A stretch of 64,000 nt of DNA from NCBI GenBank assembly GCA_028711065.1, contig JAQTSY010000001.1, positions 86,610 to 150,609 on the forward strand, written 5' to 3'. Positions 1 through 9,085 of the stretch are shown here, piece by piece. The position numbers were made by a program, and so were the translations under genes. The notes under the pieces are model-generated. The model saw only the letters and a list, made by a program, of their open reading frames with translations. It was not told the origin of the DNA and made no database searches. The DNA comes from Minisyncoccota bacterium. Lineage in GTDB: Bacteria > Patescibacteriota > Minisyncoccia > Phycocordibacterales > JAQTLZ01. The stretch's first letter is position 1, and every line of letters starts with the position of its first letter.

Positions 1-812
1 ACAAAGTTGAGCACGATCCTGTAAATCTTCCAATCTGGGGAACCTATTACAATCTGGCGAAACCAAGTATCTATCCGATAAAAACATACATTGATTTTCG
101 AATGCACGAAAATCCGAAGGAGGAATACAAAATCGAGCCGATGACTCCGCTTCTTGAGTATTTGGGCTCAATGAAAAAAGGAGAAACGGTTTGGATTCAA
201 GTACTTTTCCAATGCCATAGGAAACAGGGACTCAAAGAAGGTTTTCTCTACAAACAGCCATTTTGGTCTGATGCCGGAAAAGCAGAAGTAAATAAGATCA
301 TGAAGCGCGATCCAGAAACTAAGGGGCCAGACGTAGTTTCGGAGACAGGATTTCCAATTCACCCTGTGATGAGCGAAGGAGACAAGAATGCAATTACCGC
401 GATCGAACGCAATATCGCGAAATATCCTTTCGAAACAACCATCCGTGCCTTTTACATCGCAAAAGCGGAGGCTTACAATCCAATATCGAACACGGGTATC
501 ATCGGGATCTTCAACCAATTCAATTCGAAAGAATTAAATGAAATTAAGCTCGCGTGGTTTACCGATTTCGATTACCCATGGCAGGACTGGAGGCGGATCC
601 GAAGAAACAGAATGGAAAAGCAGATGCTCGACGCGTACAAGAAGCGTTCGTTCTTCCAAGGTCCCTATCACCATTTCCGAGAAGCCGGTTTCATCATGAA
701 CGCAGAAAGCCTCGCCTCTATTTACCACTTCCCAGGAGAGGCGGCGACAACGCCATCATTCACCAGAATTCCTTCAAAGAAAGTGGAACCTCCTTCGAAT
801 TTGCCAACTTGA
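1..812 (+). CDS. hypothetical protein, 5'-partial (reading frame open to window start)
   Basis: The frame of ORF 102..812 has no stop codon back to nt 3, so the CDS continues upstream of the window. No recognisable motifs. Confidence 0.4.
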   Translation, partial: KVEHDPVNLPIWGTYYNLAKPSIYPIKTYIDFRMHENPKEEYKIEPMTPLLEYLGSMKKGETVWIQVLFQCHRKQGLKEGFLYKQPFWSDAGKAEVNKIMKRDPETKGPDVVSETGFPIHPVMSEGDKNAITAIERNIAKYPFETTIRAFYIAKAEAYNPISNTGIIGIFNQFNSKELNEIKLAWFTDFDYPWQDWRRIRRNRMEKQMLDAYKKRSFFQGPYHHFREAGFIMNAESLASIYHFPGEAATTPSFTRIPSKKVEPPSNLPT

Positions 813-836
813 TTCTAAAGGCGTATTCGAAATTTT

Positions 837-1796
837 ATGCGTTTTCCTAAATATCTTTTGAAAAGAAAAACCATCCTCATCATTGTGGGGTGCACATTGC
901 TGGTCGCTTTTTATTTTTTCACTCTGCCCCCCTCAAGTTTTCCCTCAAACAAAATAGTGATGATCGAATCTGGCAGTTCTTTAAAGGAAGTTGGTTCGTT
1001 TTTGAAAGAGAGGGGAATTATTCGCTCATCTTTTCTTTTTGATAACTTTATGATCTTTCTCAATCACGAGAAAGGAGTTATTTCCGGGGAATATGTCTTC
1101 ACCAAGCCGATTTCTGTTTTCCAAATCGCCAAAAGAGTGAGCGCTGGAGACTTCGGATTTCCCTTGAAGCGGGTTACCCTTCCCGAAGGAACAAATTTGA
1201 AACAGATTGCTTCGCTTATGCCAGCAGATCTTTTCCATTTCAATAAAGATGAGTTCTTGAAACTTACAAAAGACAAAGAGGGATATCTCTTTCCAGATAC
1301 TTACTTTTTTCCGACAAATATAACTACAGCAAATGTTATTAAAACTCTTTCTGATAATTTCGAAAAGAAAACCTCCTCTCTCAAAGCTGACGTTCTTATT
1401 TCAGGAAGATCACTAAAAGACGCGATTACTATGGCTTCGATTGTTGAGGAAGAAGCGCTCACGCCGACAGATAGAAGAATCGTCGCCGGAATTCTCTGGA
1501 AGAGAATCAAAGTGGGTATGCGTCTTCAAGTTGACCCTCCGCTTTCCTACGTAACAGGAAAGACGACATATCAACTTACCACCGCAGATTTAAGATCGAA
1601 ATCGCCATACAACACTTACACTCACGACGGCCTTCCTCCGGGCCCAATCTCAAATCCAGGATTTGATGCGATAGAAGCAACCATTCACCCAACTGAAACA
1701 AAATATTTCTTTTATCTTTCAGGAAGAGACGGGGTAATGCATTATGCCGCAACATACGCAGAACATTTAGCAAACAAGAAAAAATATTTGAATTAA
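837..1796 (+). CDS. mltG: endolytic murein transglycosylase MltG (YceG-like)
   Basis: N-terminal TM helix followed by a YceG-like domain with the conserved 'HDGLPPGPISNPG' region; about 320 aa. Confidence 0.8.
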   Translation: MRFPKYLLKRKTILIIVGCTLLVAFYFFTLPPSSFPSNKIVMIESGSSLKEVGSFLKERGIIRSSFLFDNFMIFLNHEKGVISGEYVFTKPISVFQIAKRVSAGDFGFPLKRVTLPEGTNLKQIASLMPADLFHFNKDEFLKLTKDKEGYLFPDTYFFPTNITTANVIKTLSDNFEKKTSSLKADVLISGRSLKDAITMASIVEEEALTPTDRRIVAGILWKRIKVGMRLQVDPPLSYVTGKTTYQLTTADLRSKSPYNTYTHDGLPPGPISNPGFDAIEATIHPTETKYFFYLSGRDGVMHYAATYAEHLANKKKYLN

Positions 1797-1852
1797 AAAA
1801 AACGGCTCCGCTCGGAACCGTCTTCAGCTAAAATAAATACCACCGGAAGAAC

Positions 1853-2581
1853 TCACGACGCGATCCTCCCTGACACTTTCGCGACTCCTTTTTGGGGAAC
1901 GCGAAGCCCTGAAAGTTTCTCCTCCGGGACCTCGATGAGGAGCCGCGTGCCTGTGAGAATGCTCCGGGAATAACAACCAAGAGCATTGACGTGGCAAATT
2001 GGCACTTCAGAATGGGTTACGTAGATCAGAACCGATCCAGTCGCGTTCGTGTAAATGTTCTGGATCGGGATGTAGTTCCCGCTTTCTTCTGCACCTTTGT
2101 GCCAAATCTTGCTGCGCGTCACCGACCAGAGCACCAGTTGCCGGCATTCGAGCATGAGGTCAAACGCCCGCTTATTGGTCGAGCCGACCATAAGCGCTTT
2201 CCCTTGCGGAAACCCGCGCATCACGATGACAGGCCTGATTTCCTTTCCGTCCGCGAACTTGGGCTCATTCTTCGCGGGGAAAAGCTCATCCCTCTCCACG
2301 CAACAAAGCGGCATTAATTCATCTGCTGACGGCTTCACTACCGACACCAAAAGCGAATTTCCTTCGCAGTTGATAGCGACGCCGCTGACCAAAAGCTTTC
2401 TCTCGCAGACCTTCAACGTTCCAGTACGAAGCATCCCGAAGAACCGGTTTCGGTTCAAGTACACGAGATCTATCACAATCCCGTTTCCCTCGATCTGTAC
2501 GATTGCGGGAATTGTCTCGAACGGACGATCTGGACGCTGTCTGAAATCCGGAATCAGGATCTCCTTTAGACCAGTGGGCAT
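1853..2581 (-). CDS. hypothetical protein (GC-rich, likely horizontally acquired)
   Basis: 242-aa ORF with an AAGGAG-type RBS on the minus strand. Local GC is clearly higher (about 53%) than flanking mltG and mnmA. No confident family assignment. Confidence 0.5.
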   Translation of the reverse strand: MPTGLKEILIPDFRQRPDRPFETIPAIVQIEGNGIVIDLVYLNRNRFFGMLRTGTLKVCERKLLVSGVAINCEGNSLLVSVVKPSADELMPLCCVERDELFPAKNEPKFADGKEIRPVIVMRGFPQGKALMVGSTNKRAFDLMLECRQLVLWSVTRSKIWHKGAEESGNYIPIQNIYTNATGSVLIYVTHSEVPICHVNALGCYSRSILTGTRLLIEVPEEKLSGLRVPQKGVAKVSGRIAS

Positions 2582-2682
2582 CTTGCATTCTCCTTAAACA
2601 GAGGCTAAAAGAAACGATCAACTTCCGCCGAAAATAGTATACATTTCTCAAAGCTTGTCAATTGTGGCATACTGTGTTCGAA

Positions 2683-3768
2683 ATGGCCGAAAATAAGAGG
2701 AAAAAAAAGGTATATGTTGGACTTTCGGGGGGAGTAGACTCCTCTGTTTCTGCCGCACTCCTTAAAAAGGCTGGGTACGACGTAACCGGGGTTTTTATCA
2801 AAGTCTGGCAGGCAGATTTTCTGCCATGCAACTGGAAAGAAGAACGGCTTGATGCAATGCGAATTTGTGCTCGCCTTGGTATTCCATTTCTCACCTTCGA
2901 CCTTCAAAAAGAATACAAAAGGGAGGTTGTGGATTATATGATCCGCGAATACAAGGCCGGACGGACTCCGAATCCCGATGTGATGTGCAACCGCCATGTG
3001 AAATTCCGCGCGTTTTTTGATAAGGCCCGTAAAATGGGAGCTGATTATGTTGCCACTGGGCATTATGCTCAAGTTGCGAAGACAAAAAGCGGAAAATTTG
3101 AAATGAAAGCTGGAACTGACGCGAACAAAGACCAGAGTTATTTTTTGTGGACTTTAACACAAAAAGAACTTTCAAAAACATTTTTTCCTGTTGGAAATAT
3201 CGAGAAACCAGAAGTGCGAAAGCTTGCAGAAAAGTTCAACCTTCATACAGCAACAAAAAAAGACAGCCAGGGGCTTTGTTTTATCGGCAAAGTAGACCTG
3301 AAAGTTTTCCTTAGCCATTTTGTGAAAGAAAAACCTGGAAAAGTCCTCGATGAATCCGGAAAGACGATAGGGAAGCACGAAGGTGCATTTTTCTACACCT
3401 TGGGACAGAGACACGGGTTCACCATAACCAAAAAAACTCCTCACGACACTCCATATTACATTGTGAAAAAAGATATCAAGAAAAATATCCTCATTGTTTC
3501 AGAGAAAAAACCAGAAAATAATTTCCTCAAAGACACTCGCATTGTAAAAATAGAGGATACCAATTGGATTTCAGAAATTCCTCAAAAAGGAAAGCTGTTC
3601 TGCGCCCGGGTGAGATACCGCCAACCTCTCGAAAAATGCACAATCCAAATAAAAAGTAAAAAAACAGCCATAGTAACCTTTGAAAAGCCGATTCAGGCAG
3701 TCACTTCGGGGCAATCTCTAGTCGTATACGACAAAGATGTTTGCTTGGGCGGTGGAGTCATCTCCTAG
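2683..3768 (+). CDS. mnmA: tRNA-specific 2-thiouridylase MnmA
   Basis: PP-loop 'VGLSGGVDSS', conserved Cys residues, and overall MnmA-like layout. Start taken at 'MAENKRKKKVYVGL'. Confidence 0.85.
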   Translation: MAENKRKKKVYVGLSGGVDSSVSAALLKKAGYDVTGVFIKVWQADFLPCNWKEERLDAMRICARLGIPFLTFDLQKEYKREVVDYMIREYKAGRTPNPDVMCNRHVKFRAFFDKARKMGADYVATGHYAQVAKTKSGKFEMKAGTDANKDQSYFLWTLTQKELSKTFFPVGNIEKPEVRKLAEKFNLHTATKKDSQGLCFIGKVDLKVFLSHFVKEKPGKVLDESGKTIGKHEGAFFYTLGQRHGFTITKKTPHDTPYYIVKKDIKKNILIVSEKKPENNFLKDTRIVKIEDTNWISEIPQKGKLFCARVRYRQPLEKCTIQIKSKKTAIVTFEKPIQAVTSGQSLVVYDKDVCLGGGVIS

Positions 3769-3827
3769 CGGGAAAGTTTCGGGTGCGATAAAATAAAGCC
3801 ACATTAATTAATCCAATTTAAAATTAC

Positions 3828-4310
3828 ATGGATACATTTTTCTCGAATCCGAATACTATTATGTTCTTCCAGCTTCTCCTCGCGCTGGTACTCGGTGGAA
3901 TTTTAGGAATTCAAAGAAGCCTTTCGCATAAAGGTGCGGGAATGCGAACCTTTTCTCTTGTGGCAATGGGTTCTTGTCTTTTTGTCATGATTTCAGAGAT
4001 CATACATGCTCGGGCGCTTGGGGTAGGCGATGTTATCCCCACACAGATTCCCGGAGCGATCATAACCGGCATCGGATTTCTCGGCGCAGGCCTCATCATT
4101 TTCAAAGATGATAAATTGAAAGGACTTACCACAGCGGCAGGACTTTGGGTCGCCTGCGGAATCGGCATCGCTACTGGATTTCAACTCTACGTACTTTCTA
4201 TTTTCGCAACAGTCCTCACCCTCGTCGTCTTTACTGTCCTTTGGAAAGTAGAGACAGCGATCAAAGAAACTGGTTCTGAATATTCTGAAGAGAGCGGGGA
4301 AATAAAGTAG
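3828..4310 (+). CDS. MgtC/SapB family membrane protein
   Basis: 160 aa with 4-5 TM helices and the MgtC-like 'GIRTFSLVAMGS...GAGLI' pattern. Confidence 0.65.
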   Translation: MDTFFSNPNTIMFFQLLLALVLGGILGIQRSLSHKGAGMRTFSLVAMGSCLFVMISEIIHARALGVGDVIPTQIPGAIITGIGFLGAGLIIFKDDKLKGLTTAAGLWVACGIGIATGFQLYVLSIFATVLTLVVFTVLWKVETAIKETGSEYSEESGEIK

Positions 4311-4318
4311 CATCAAAA

Positions 4319-4570
4319 ATGAAGATGTTTAAGGAAAAAGTATTTGCGGTAGTGGCGAAGATTCCAAAAGGAAAAGTTCTGACGTACAAAGAAGTGGCGG
4401 TACGCGCGAAAAGCCCTCGGGCTTTTCGCGCTGTTGGTTCAATCCTAAAGACTAACTACAACCCGGCAATTCCATGCCACCGAGTGATCCGCTCCGATGG
4501 CAAAATGGGACACTATAACCGCGGGGATATGCGAAAAGTCGCACTTCTCAAAAAAGAAAAAGCAATTTAA
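4319..4570 (+). CDS. MGMT-family DNA-binding domain protein (stand-alone O6-alkylguanine alkyltransferase C-terminal domain)
   Basis: 83 aa with the 'IPCHRVI' active-site motif of Ogt/Ada C-terminal domains. The N-terminal domain is absent. Confidence 0.7.
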   Translation: MKMFKEKVFAVVAKIPKGKVLTYKEVAVRAKSPRAFRAVGSILKTNYNPAIPCHRVIRSDGKMGHYNRGDMRKVALLKKEKAI

Positions 4571-4577
4571 AACAATC

Positions 4578-4853
4578 ATGATAGAAATAGTCGGCATAGC
4601 TGTCAGTATCACGGGTATAGGAATGTCGCTTGCGTATTATCCGCAAGTTTGGAAAATATATAAAAATAAATCCGCCGATGACATCTCGGTGCCCTCATAC
4701 CTTATGTTCTTTTTCGGCACTTCTATTTGGACGCTCTACGGATTTCTCATACGGGATACAAAAATAATTGCGGGATTTGCGCTCGGTGTTATCGGTTCAT
4801 TTCTCATTCTTGTCCTTACTTTTTACTACCGCCGCAAACCGGACATTTCCTAA
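4578..4853 (+). CDS. SemiSWEET / PQ-loop sugar transporter
   Basis: About 91 aa with 3 TM helices and a PQ motif ('YYPQVWKIYKNK'), typical of bacterial SemiSWEETs. Start chosen at ATG 4578, just after the stop of the upstream gene. Confidence 0.65.
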   Translation: MIEIVGIAVSITGIGMSLAYYPQVWKIYKNKSADDISVPSYLMFFFGTSIWTLYGFLIRDTKIIAGFALGVIGSFLILVLTFYYRRKPDIS

Positions 4854-4855
4854 AC

Positions 4856-5449
4856 ATGAGCGACCACACCGCACAGCTCAAAATAATAAAAGACGAGCTT
4901 CTGGCAATGGAAAGTCCGCTTGCCGACGAGCGCCGAAGAAATAAAGTTTTCCCCGTCATCGGAGAAGGGGACCATTACGCAAAAATAATGTTCATCGGTG
5001 AAGCGCCTGGAAAAAATGAGGCAAAAACTGGCAAGCCTTTTTGCGGAGCCTCCGGAAGAATTCTTGACGAACTTTTGGCAAGCGTCGGAATTGACAGAAA
5101 AGGCGTCTATGTAACAAACATCGTCAAGGATAGGCCTACCGACAATCGTGACCCGCTACCATCAGAAATAGACGCTTACGGGCCCTTCCTAGACCGCCAA
5201 ATCATAATTATAGAGCCTAAAATCATAGCTACCCTAGGCAGATTCTCGATGGACTACATTATGAAAAAATTCGGTCTTGGTGCACAACTTCAATCAATAA
5301 GCCAAATGCATGGAAAGACATTTGAAGTAGAAGTTTCCTACGGCACCCTCACGGTCATCCCGCTCTATCACCCCGCCGCCGCAATCTACAATCAGCATCT
5401 CAAAGATACGCTCAAAAAAGATTTTGAGGCTTTAAAAAAATATAAATAG
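4856..5449 (+). CDS. udg: uracil-DNA glycosylase, family 4
   Basis: 'GEGDHYAKIMFIGEAPGKNE...GKPFCGASG' and a C-terminal 'HPAAAIY' motif. Start at MSDHTAQ; the longer ORF start overlaps the upstream gene. Confidence 0.8.
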   Translation: MSDHTAQLKIIKDELLAMESPLADERRRNKVFPVIGEGDHYAKIMFIGEAPGKNEAKTGKPFCGASGRILDELLASVGIDRKGVYVTNIVKDRPTDNRDPLPSEIDAYGPFLDRQIIIIEPKIIATLGRFSMDYIMKKFGLGAQLQSISQMHGKTFEVEVSYGTLTVIPLYHPAAAIYNQHLKDTLKKDFEALKKYK

Positions 5450-5454
5450 AAAGA

Positions 5455-5496
5455 GCCCCACGAAATGGAACCGTGAGGTTCTTTCGTGGGGCTTTG
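5455..5496. terminator. bidirectional intrinsic terminator between convergent genes
   Basis: Hairpin 'gccccacgaaa...tttcgtggggc' flanked by an A-run and a T-run, lying between udg (+) and the small ORF (-). Confidence 0.6.
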
Positions 5497-5513
5497 AATG
5501 CTACTTTTTCGGC

Positions 5514-5735
5514 CTAGTTCGGCTGAATGGACTGAAACGTCAGACACGCGGTGTTAACAATGAAGTACCCATTATCAACCTCGGGACTGACCACTTTAGC
5601 GAGGGTCCCTTCAACTGAGTCCAGGATGCCAACGACCATTGTGGGTTGAAAGCCCGCTTTTTGACCCCTATCTGCTCCTGCCCACTGAAGGAACAGGACG
5701 CGAACAGGTTTTCCGACAAGACTTTGAAGAATCAT
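5514..5735 (-). CDS. small hypothetical protein (73 aa)
   Basis: A perfect AGGAGG sits 7 nt upstream of the internal ATG ('MILQSLVGKPV...'). No family recognised. Confidence 0.45.
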   Translation of the reverse strand: MILQSLVGKPVRVLFLQWAGADRGQKAGFQPTMVVGILDSVEGTLAKVVSPEVDNGYFIVNTACLTFQSIQPN

Positions 5736-5858
5736 GAATCTTCCTCCTGTGATGTTTAAGCTCATTCCAAACCTCTTTGTATTATACACCTTTTTTAGTA
5801 AATGGTCAATAGTCTACAAAACGGCTCAAAATAGGAGCTTTATGCTATAGTATTTTCC

Positions 5859-7631
5859 ATGCAATCCGAAGAAATTCGAAGCCGATTTCTAGAGTTTTTT
5901 AAGAAACGCGGGCATACAATTATTCCGTCGGCATCTCTCGTACCGGAGAATGACTCGTCCGTCCTTTTTACCACTGCCGGAATGCATCCGCTTGTGCCAT
6001 ATATTCTCGGAGAGAAACATCCTGGAGGAAAGCGTGTCGCTAATGTTCAGAAATGCGTTCGCACCCAAGATATAGACGAAGTCGGAGATAACACTCACGA
6101 CACTTTTTTTGAAATGCTCGGCAATTGGTCCTTTGGCGATTATTTCAAAAAAGAAGCGATTGGCTTTAGCTACGAATTTCTGACCAGCAAATCTGAAGGG
6201 CTCGGTCTCGATCCAAAGCGGATCTATGTAACTTGTTTCGAAGGCGACGAGAATGCGCCAAAAGATACCGAATCGGCAGAAATCTGGGAATCAATAGGAA
6301 TTCCAAAAGACCGTATCTATTTCCTTCCCGCAAAAAATAATTGGTGGCAAGCAGGGGAGAACGGCCCATGCGGCCCCGACACGGAAGTTTTCTACGACCT
6401 CACCAAAAAAGGTCTGGGTAAAATGACAAAAGAAGAGTACCTCGAAGCTGATAGCAAACAGGAGGTTGTAGAAATCGGCAACGATGTCTTCATGGGTTAT
6501 GAAAAAAAGAACGGGGTTGTGGTTGGAAAACTCAAACAGCAAAATGTGGATTTCGGCGGAGGCTTTGAACGACTCTGTATGGTTTCGCAAGGAGTCACAA
6601 ATGTTTTTGCTACTGACCTTTTTCAGCCGATAATGGCAAAAATAAATGAATTCACAACTTTGGCTGACGAAAAAGCGAAGAGAATTGTCGCGGATCATAT
6701 TCGCACTGCTGTTTTCATGATAGGCGACGGAGTCATTCCATCAAATACAGATGCTGGATACGTTTTACGCCGGCTTCTTCGGCGAGCAGTTCGCTTTGCA
6801 GACAAATTAGAGATGAAGCACGATTCGCTTTCTTGGATTACAGAAACGGTTATCGAAAAATACGGCCACATTTACAAAAATCTTGCGGAGAAAAAAGATG
6901 AAATTAAAAAAGAGATCGATGCGGAAGAGCAGAAATTCAGAAAAACCCTCGCAAGCGGACTGAAATTGTTTGAAAAGATCTCTGAAAAGAATATTTCTGG
7001 AGAAGAAGCCTTCGACCTTTTCTCGAGCCATGGTTTTCCGCTTGAAGTAACTCTGGAGCTTGCAAAAGAAAAGGGTAAGACAGTGGACGTTGCCGGTTTC
7101 AACAAAAGATTCAAGGAACACCAAGAGCTTTCCCGAAAAGGTGCGGAACAGAAATTTAAAGGGGGATTGGCAGGACATTCTGATAAAGAGCTCCAATATC
7201 ATACGGCTACACACCTCTTGAATGCGGCTCTTCATGCAATCCTCGGAGAACACGTGATGCAGAAGGGAAGTAATATCACTCCTGACAGGCTTCGCTTTGA
7301 TTTTGTTCATACGACAAAGATGACTCCGGAAGAGATCAAAAAAGTGGAAGATTTTGTAAATGAAAAAATTACCGAGAAATTACTAGTTTCATTTGAAGAA
7401 ATGCCAATAGAGAAGGCTCGCGAGCTCAAAGCCATCGGAGTCTTTGGCGACAAATACGGCGAATTGGTAAAAGTCTATTCCATCGGCAGTGAAAAAACCG
7501 GCATTGTGAGCATGGAGCTCTGCGGTGGCCCACACGTCACCAACACATCCGAATTAAAGGGAACTTTCAAAATCCAAAAAGAAGAAGCCGTCTCCGCCGG
7601 TGTTCGCCGAATCAAAGCAGTACTCGAGTAA
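5859..7631 (+). CDS. alaS: alanine--tRNA ligase (compact form lacking the C-Ala domain)
   Basis: Class II AlaRS catalytic core with the tRNA-recognition domain, plus the editing-domain motifs 'HTATHLLNAALHAILG' and 'CGGPHV'. Only 590 aa. Confidence 0.85.
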   Translation: MQSEEIRSRFLEFFKKRGHTIIPSASLVPENDSSVLFTTAGMHPLVPYILGEKHPGGKRVANVQKCVRTQDIDEVGDNTHDTFFEMLGNWSFGDYFKKEAIGFSYEFLTSKSEGLGLDPKRIYVTCFEGDENAPKDTESAEIWESIGIPKDRIYFLPAKNNWWQAGENGPCGPDTEVFYDLTKKGLGKMTKEEYLEADSKQEVVEIGNDVFMGYEKKNGVVVGKLKQQNVDFGGGFERLCMVSQGVTNVFATDLFQPIMAKINEFTTLADEKAKRIVADHIRTAVFMIGDGVIPSNTDAGYVLRRLLRRAVRFADKLEMKHDSLSWITETVIEKYGHIYKNLAEKKDEIKKEIDAEEQKFRKTLASGLKLFEKISEKNISGEEAFDLFSSHGFPLEVTLELAKEKGKTVDVAGFNKRFKEHQELSRKGAEQKFKGGLAGHSDKELQYHTATHLLNAALHAILGEHVMQKGSNITPDRLRFDFVHTTKMTPEEIKKVEDFVNEKITEKLLVSFEEMPIEKARELKAIGVFGDKYGELVKVYSIGSEKTGIVSMELCGGPHVTNTSELKGTFKIQKEEAVSAGVRRIKAVLE

Positions 7632-7818
7632 AGGAAGGCGAGTAACAACTTTTATCAAACATCGCGGAAACTCGCGGGCATGGTCTGTCAACGACCCGCC
7701 CTTTGGGGACGGGCTCATTGACAGCCGCGAGTTGAGCGAGAGGAAAGTTTTCCCGCTGGGGAAAACTATTCTGTTTTGAGAAAAGTTGTTAGGAGCCCAT
7801 TTGTGTTATAATTTCAGG

Positions 7819-9027
7819 ATGTTCCTCTCGTCCCTGTTCAAAAAACCAGAGCAAGAAATTTCAGTTCTCTTTGATATAAGCTCTCGCTCGGTCGGCGGAG
7901 CGCTCCTTAAACTTTCTCGCCACGAAAAGCCAAAAATCCTCTACACCGCGAGATTACCGATTCTCTTTCGCAGAACTCCCGATCCGAGAGAACTCGTTAC
8001 TTCTACAATTGCCGCTCTTACAAAAGTGGTCGAGGCGATAGATACAGAGGGAATTGCCCACCTCACATTCACGGAATTCAAAGACCATAAGGTTAAGGAG
8101 ATATTTTTAGTTTTCTCCTCTCCTTGGTATATTTCTCAAACAAAAATCGCCCGCCTAGAAAAAGAGAAACCTTTTGTATTTACAGAAAGTATGCTGAAAG
8201 GGATGCTCGCTCATGAAAAAACGGCTTACGAAAAAGCGGCGGACATTGCACCAGAAAAAGCCGGAAAAAATGCAATTAATCTTCTTGAGCAGAAAGTCAT
8301 ACAAATCAGATTAAACGGTTACGAAACAGCAAAGCCGTTCGGACAAAGCTCCCGCTCGGCGGAAGTAAATATATTTTCAAGTTTCATTGACTCGCTTCTT
8401 CTTGATCGAGTCAAAGACGTTGCGCTCCATTCTTTTCATCCGCAACGTCTCGAGATACACTCTTTTCCAGGAGTGGCATTTTCAGTATTAAGAGACATTT
8501 TCCCTGGTCAAAATGATTTTCTAATCGTCGACGTCGGAGGAGAAGCGACCGAAATCTCTCTTGTGAAAAATGGCGGACTGCTTGAAACTTTTTCCTTCCC
8601 TATGGGACACAATCATGCATTGCGAAAAATATCCGGGGTTTTAGATGTATCACATGAAATCGCTCTCTCTTCGCTCTCTCTTTTCCTCGAGGGAAAAACA
8701 TTCGTGAAAACAAGCGGGAAAATTGAGGGCGTCGTCAAAGATACGCAAAAAGAATGGAATATATTGTTCCAATCTGCACTTGGCAATCTCGGCGAACAAA
8801 CGGCGATCCCGTCTTCTGCATTTGTGATAGCAGAAAGGCCGTTTTCAAACTTTTTTAAAGATGCTATGAAGACCGAAAAGACGGATGAAAAGAATTTTGA
8901 TGAAAAAAATGTCACCCAAATCGAACCTGGACTGCTCGCTCTTCACTACGAAAGAAATGGCATTGGAGAAGGAGATCTTTTTCTTTCCCTTGAAGCTATC
9001 TTTCTTAATAAAGTATTTTCAAAATAG
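7819..9027 (+). CDS. actin-like ATPase, FtsA/PilM-like
   Basis: N-terminal 'VLFDISSRSVGGALL' and 'LIVDVGGEATEISLV' phosphate-binding loops of the ASKHA fold. An alternative upstream ATG at 7786 is possible. Confidence 0.5.
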   Translation: MFLSSLFKKPEQEISVLFDISSRSVGGALLKLSRHEKPKILYTARLPILFRRTPDPRELVTSTIAALTKVVEAIDTEGIAHLTFTEFKDHKVKEIFLVFSSPWYISQTKIARLEKEKPFVFTESMLKGMLAHEKTAYEKAADIAPEKAGKNAINLLEQKVIQIRLNGYETAKPFGQSSRSAEVNIFSSFIDSLLLDRVKDVALHSFHPQRLEIHSFPGVAFSVLRDIFPGQNDFLIVDVGGEATEISLVKNGGLLETFSFPMGHNHALRKISGVLDVSHEIALSSLSLFLEGKTFVKTSGKIEGVVKDTQKEWNILFQSALGNLGEQTAIPSSAFVIAERPFSNFFKDAMKTEKTDEKNFDEKNVTQIEPGLLALHYERNGIGEGDLFLSLEAIFLNKVFSK

Positions 9028-9085
9028 AAAATAGGGGAAATCGCCCTTGGAAAAGCATGCGTGTGGGCGTATAATCATAACCAGT

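Noticed and set aside
6807-7310. 167-aa minus-strand ORF inside alaS
   Set aside because: Antisense to the highly conserved AlaRS editing region.
7786-7818. Upstream ATG start for the FtsA-like gene and a TATAAT box 7 nt from the downstream ATG (possible leaderless mRNA)
   Set aside because: Cannot be resolved from sequence alone. The downstream ATG with the conserved ASKHA N-terminus was preferred and the leaderless idea left unreported.
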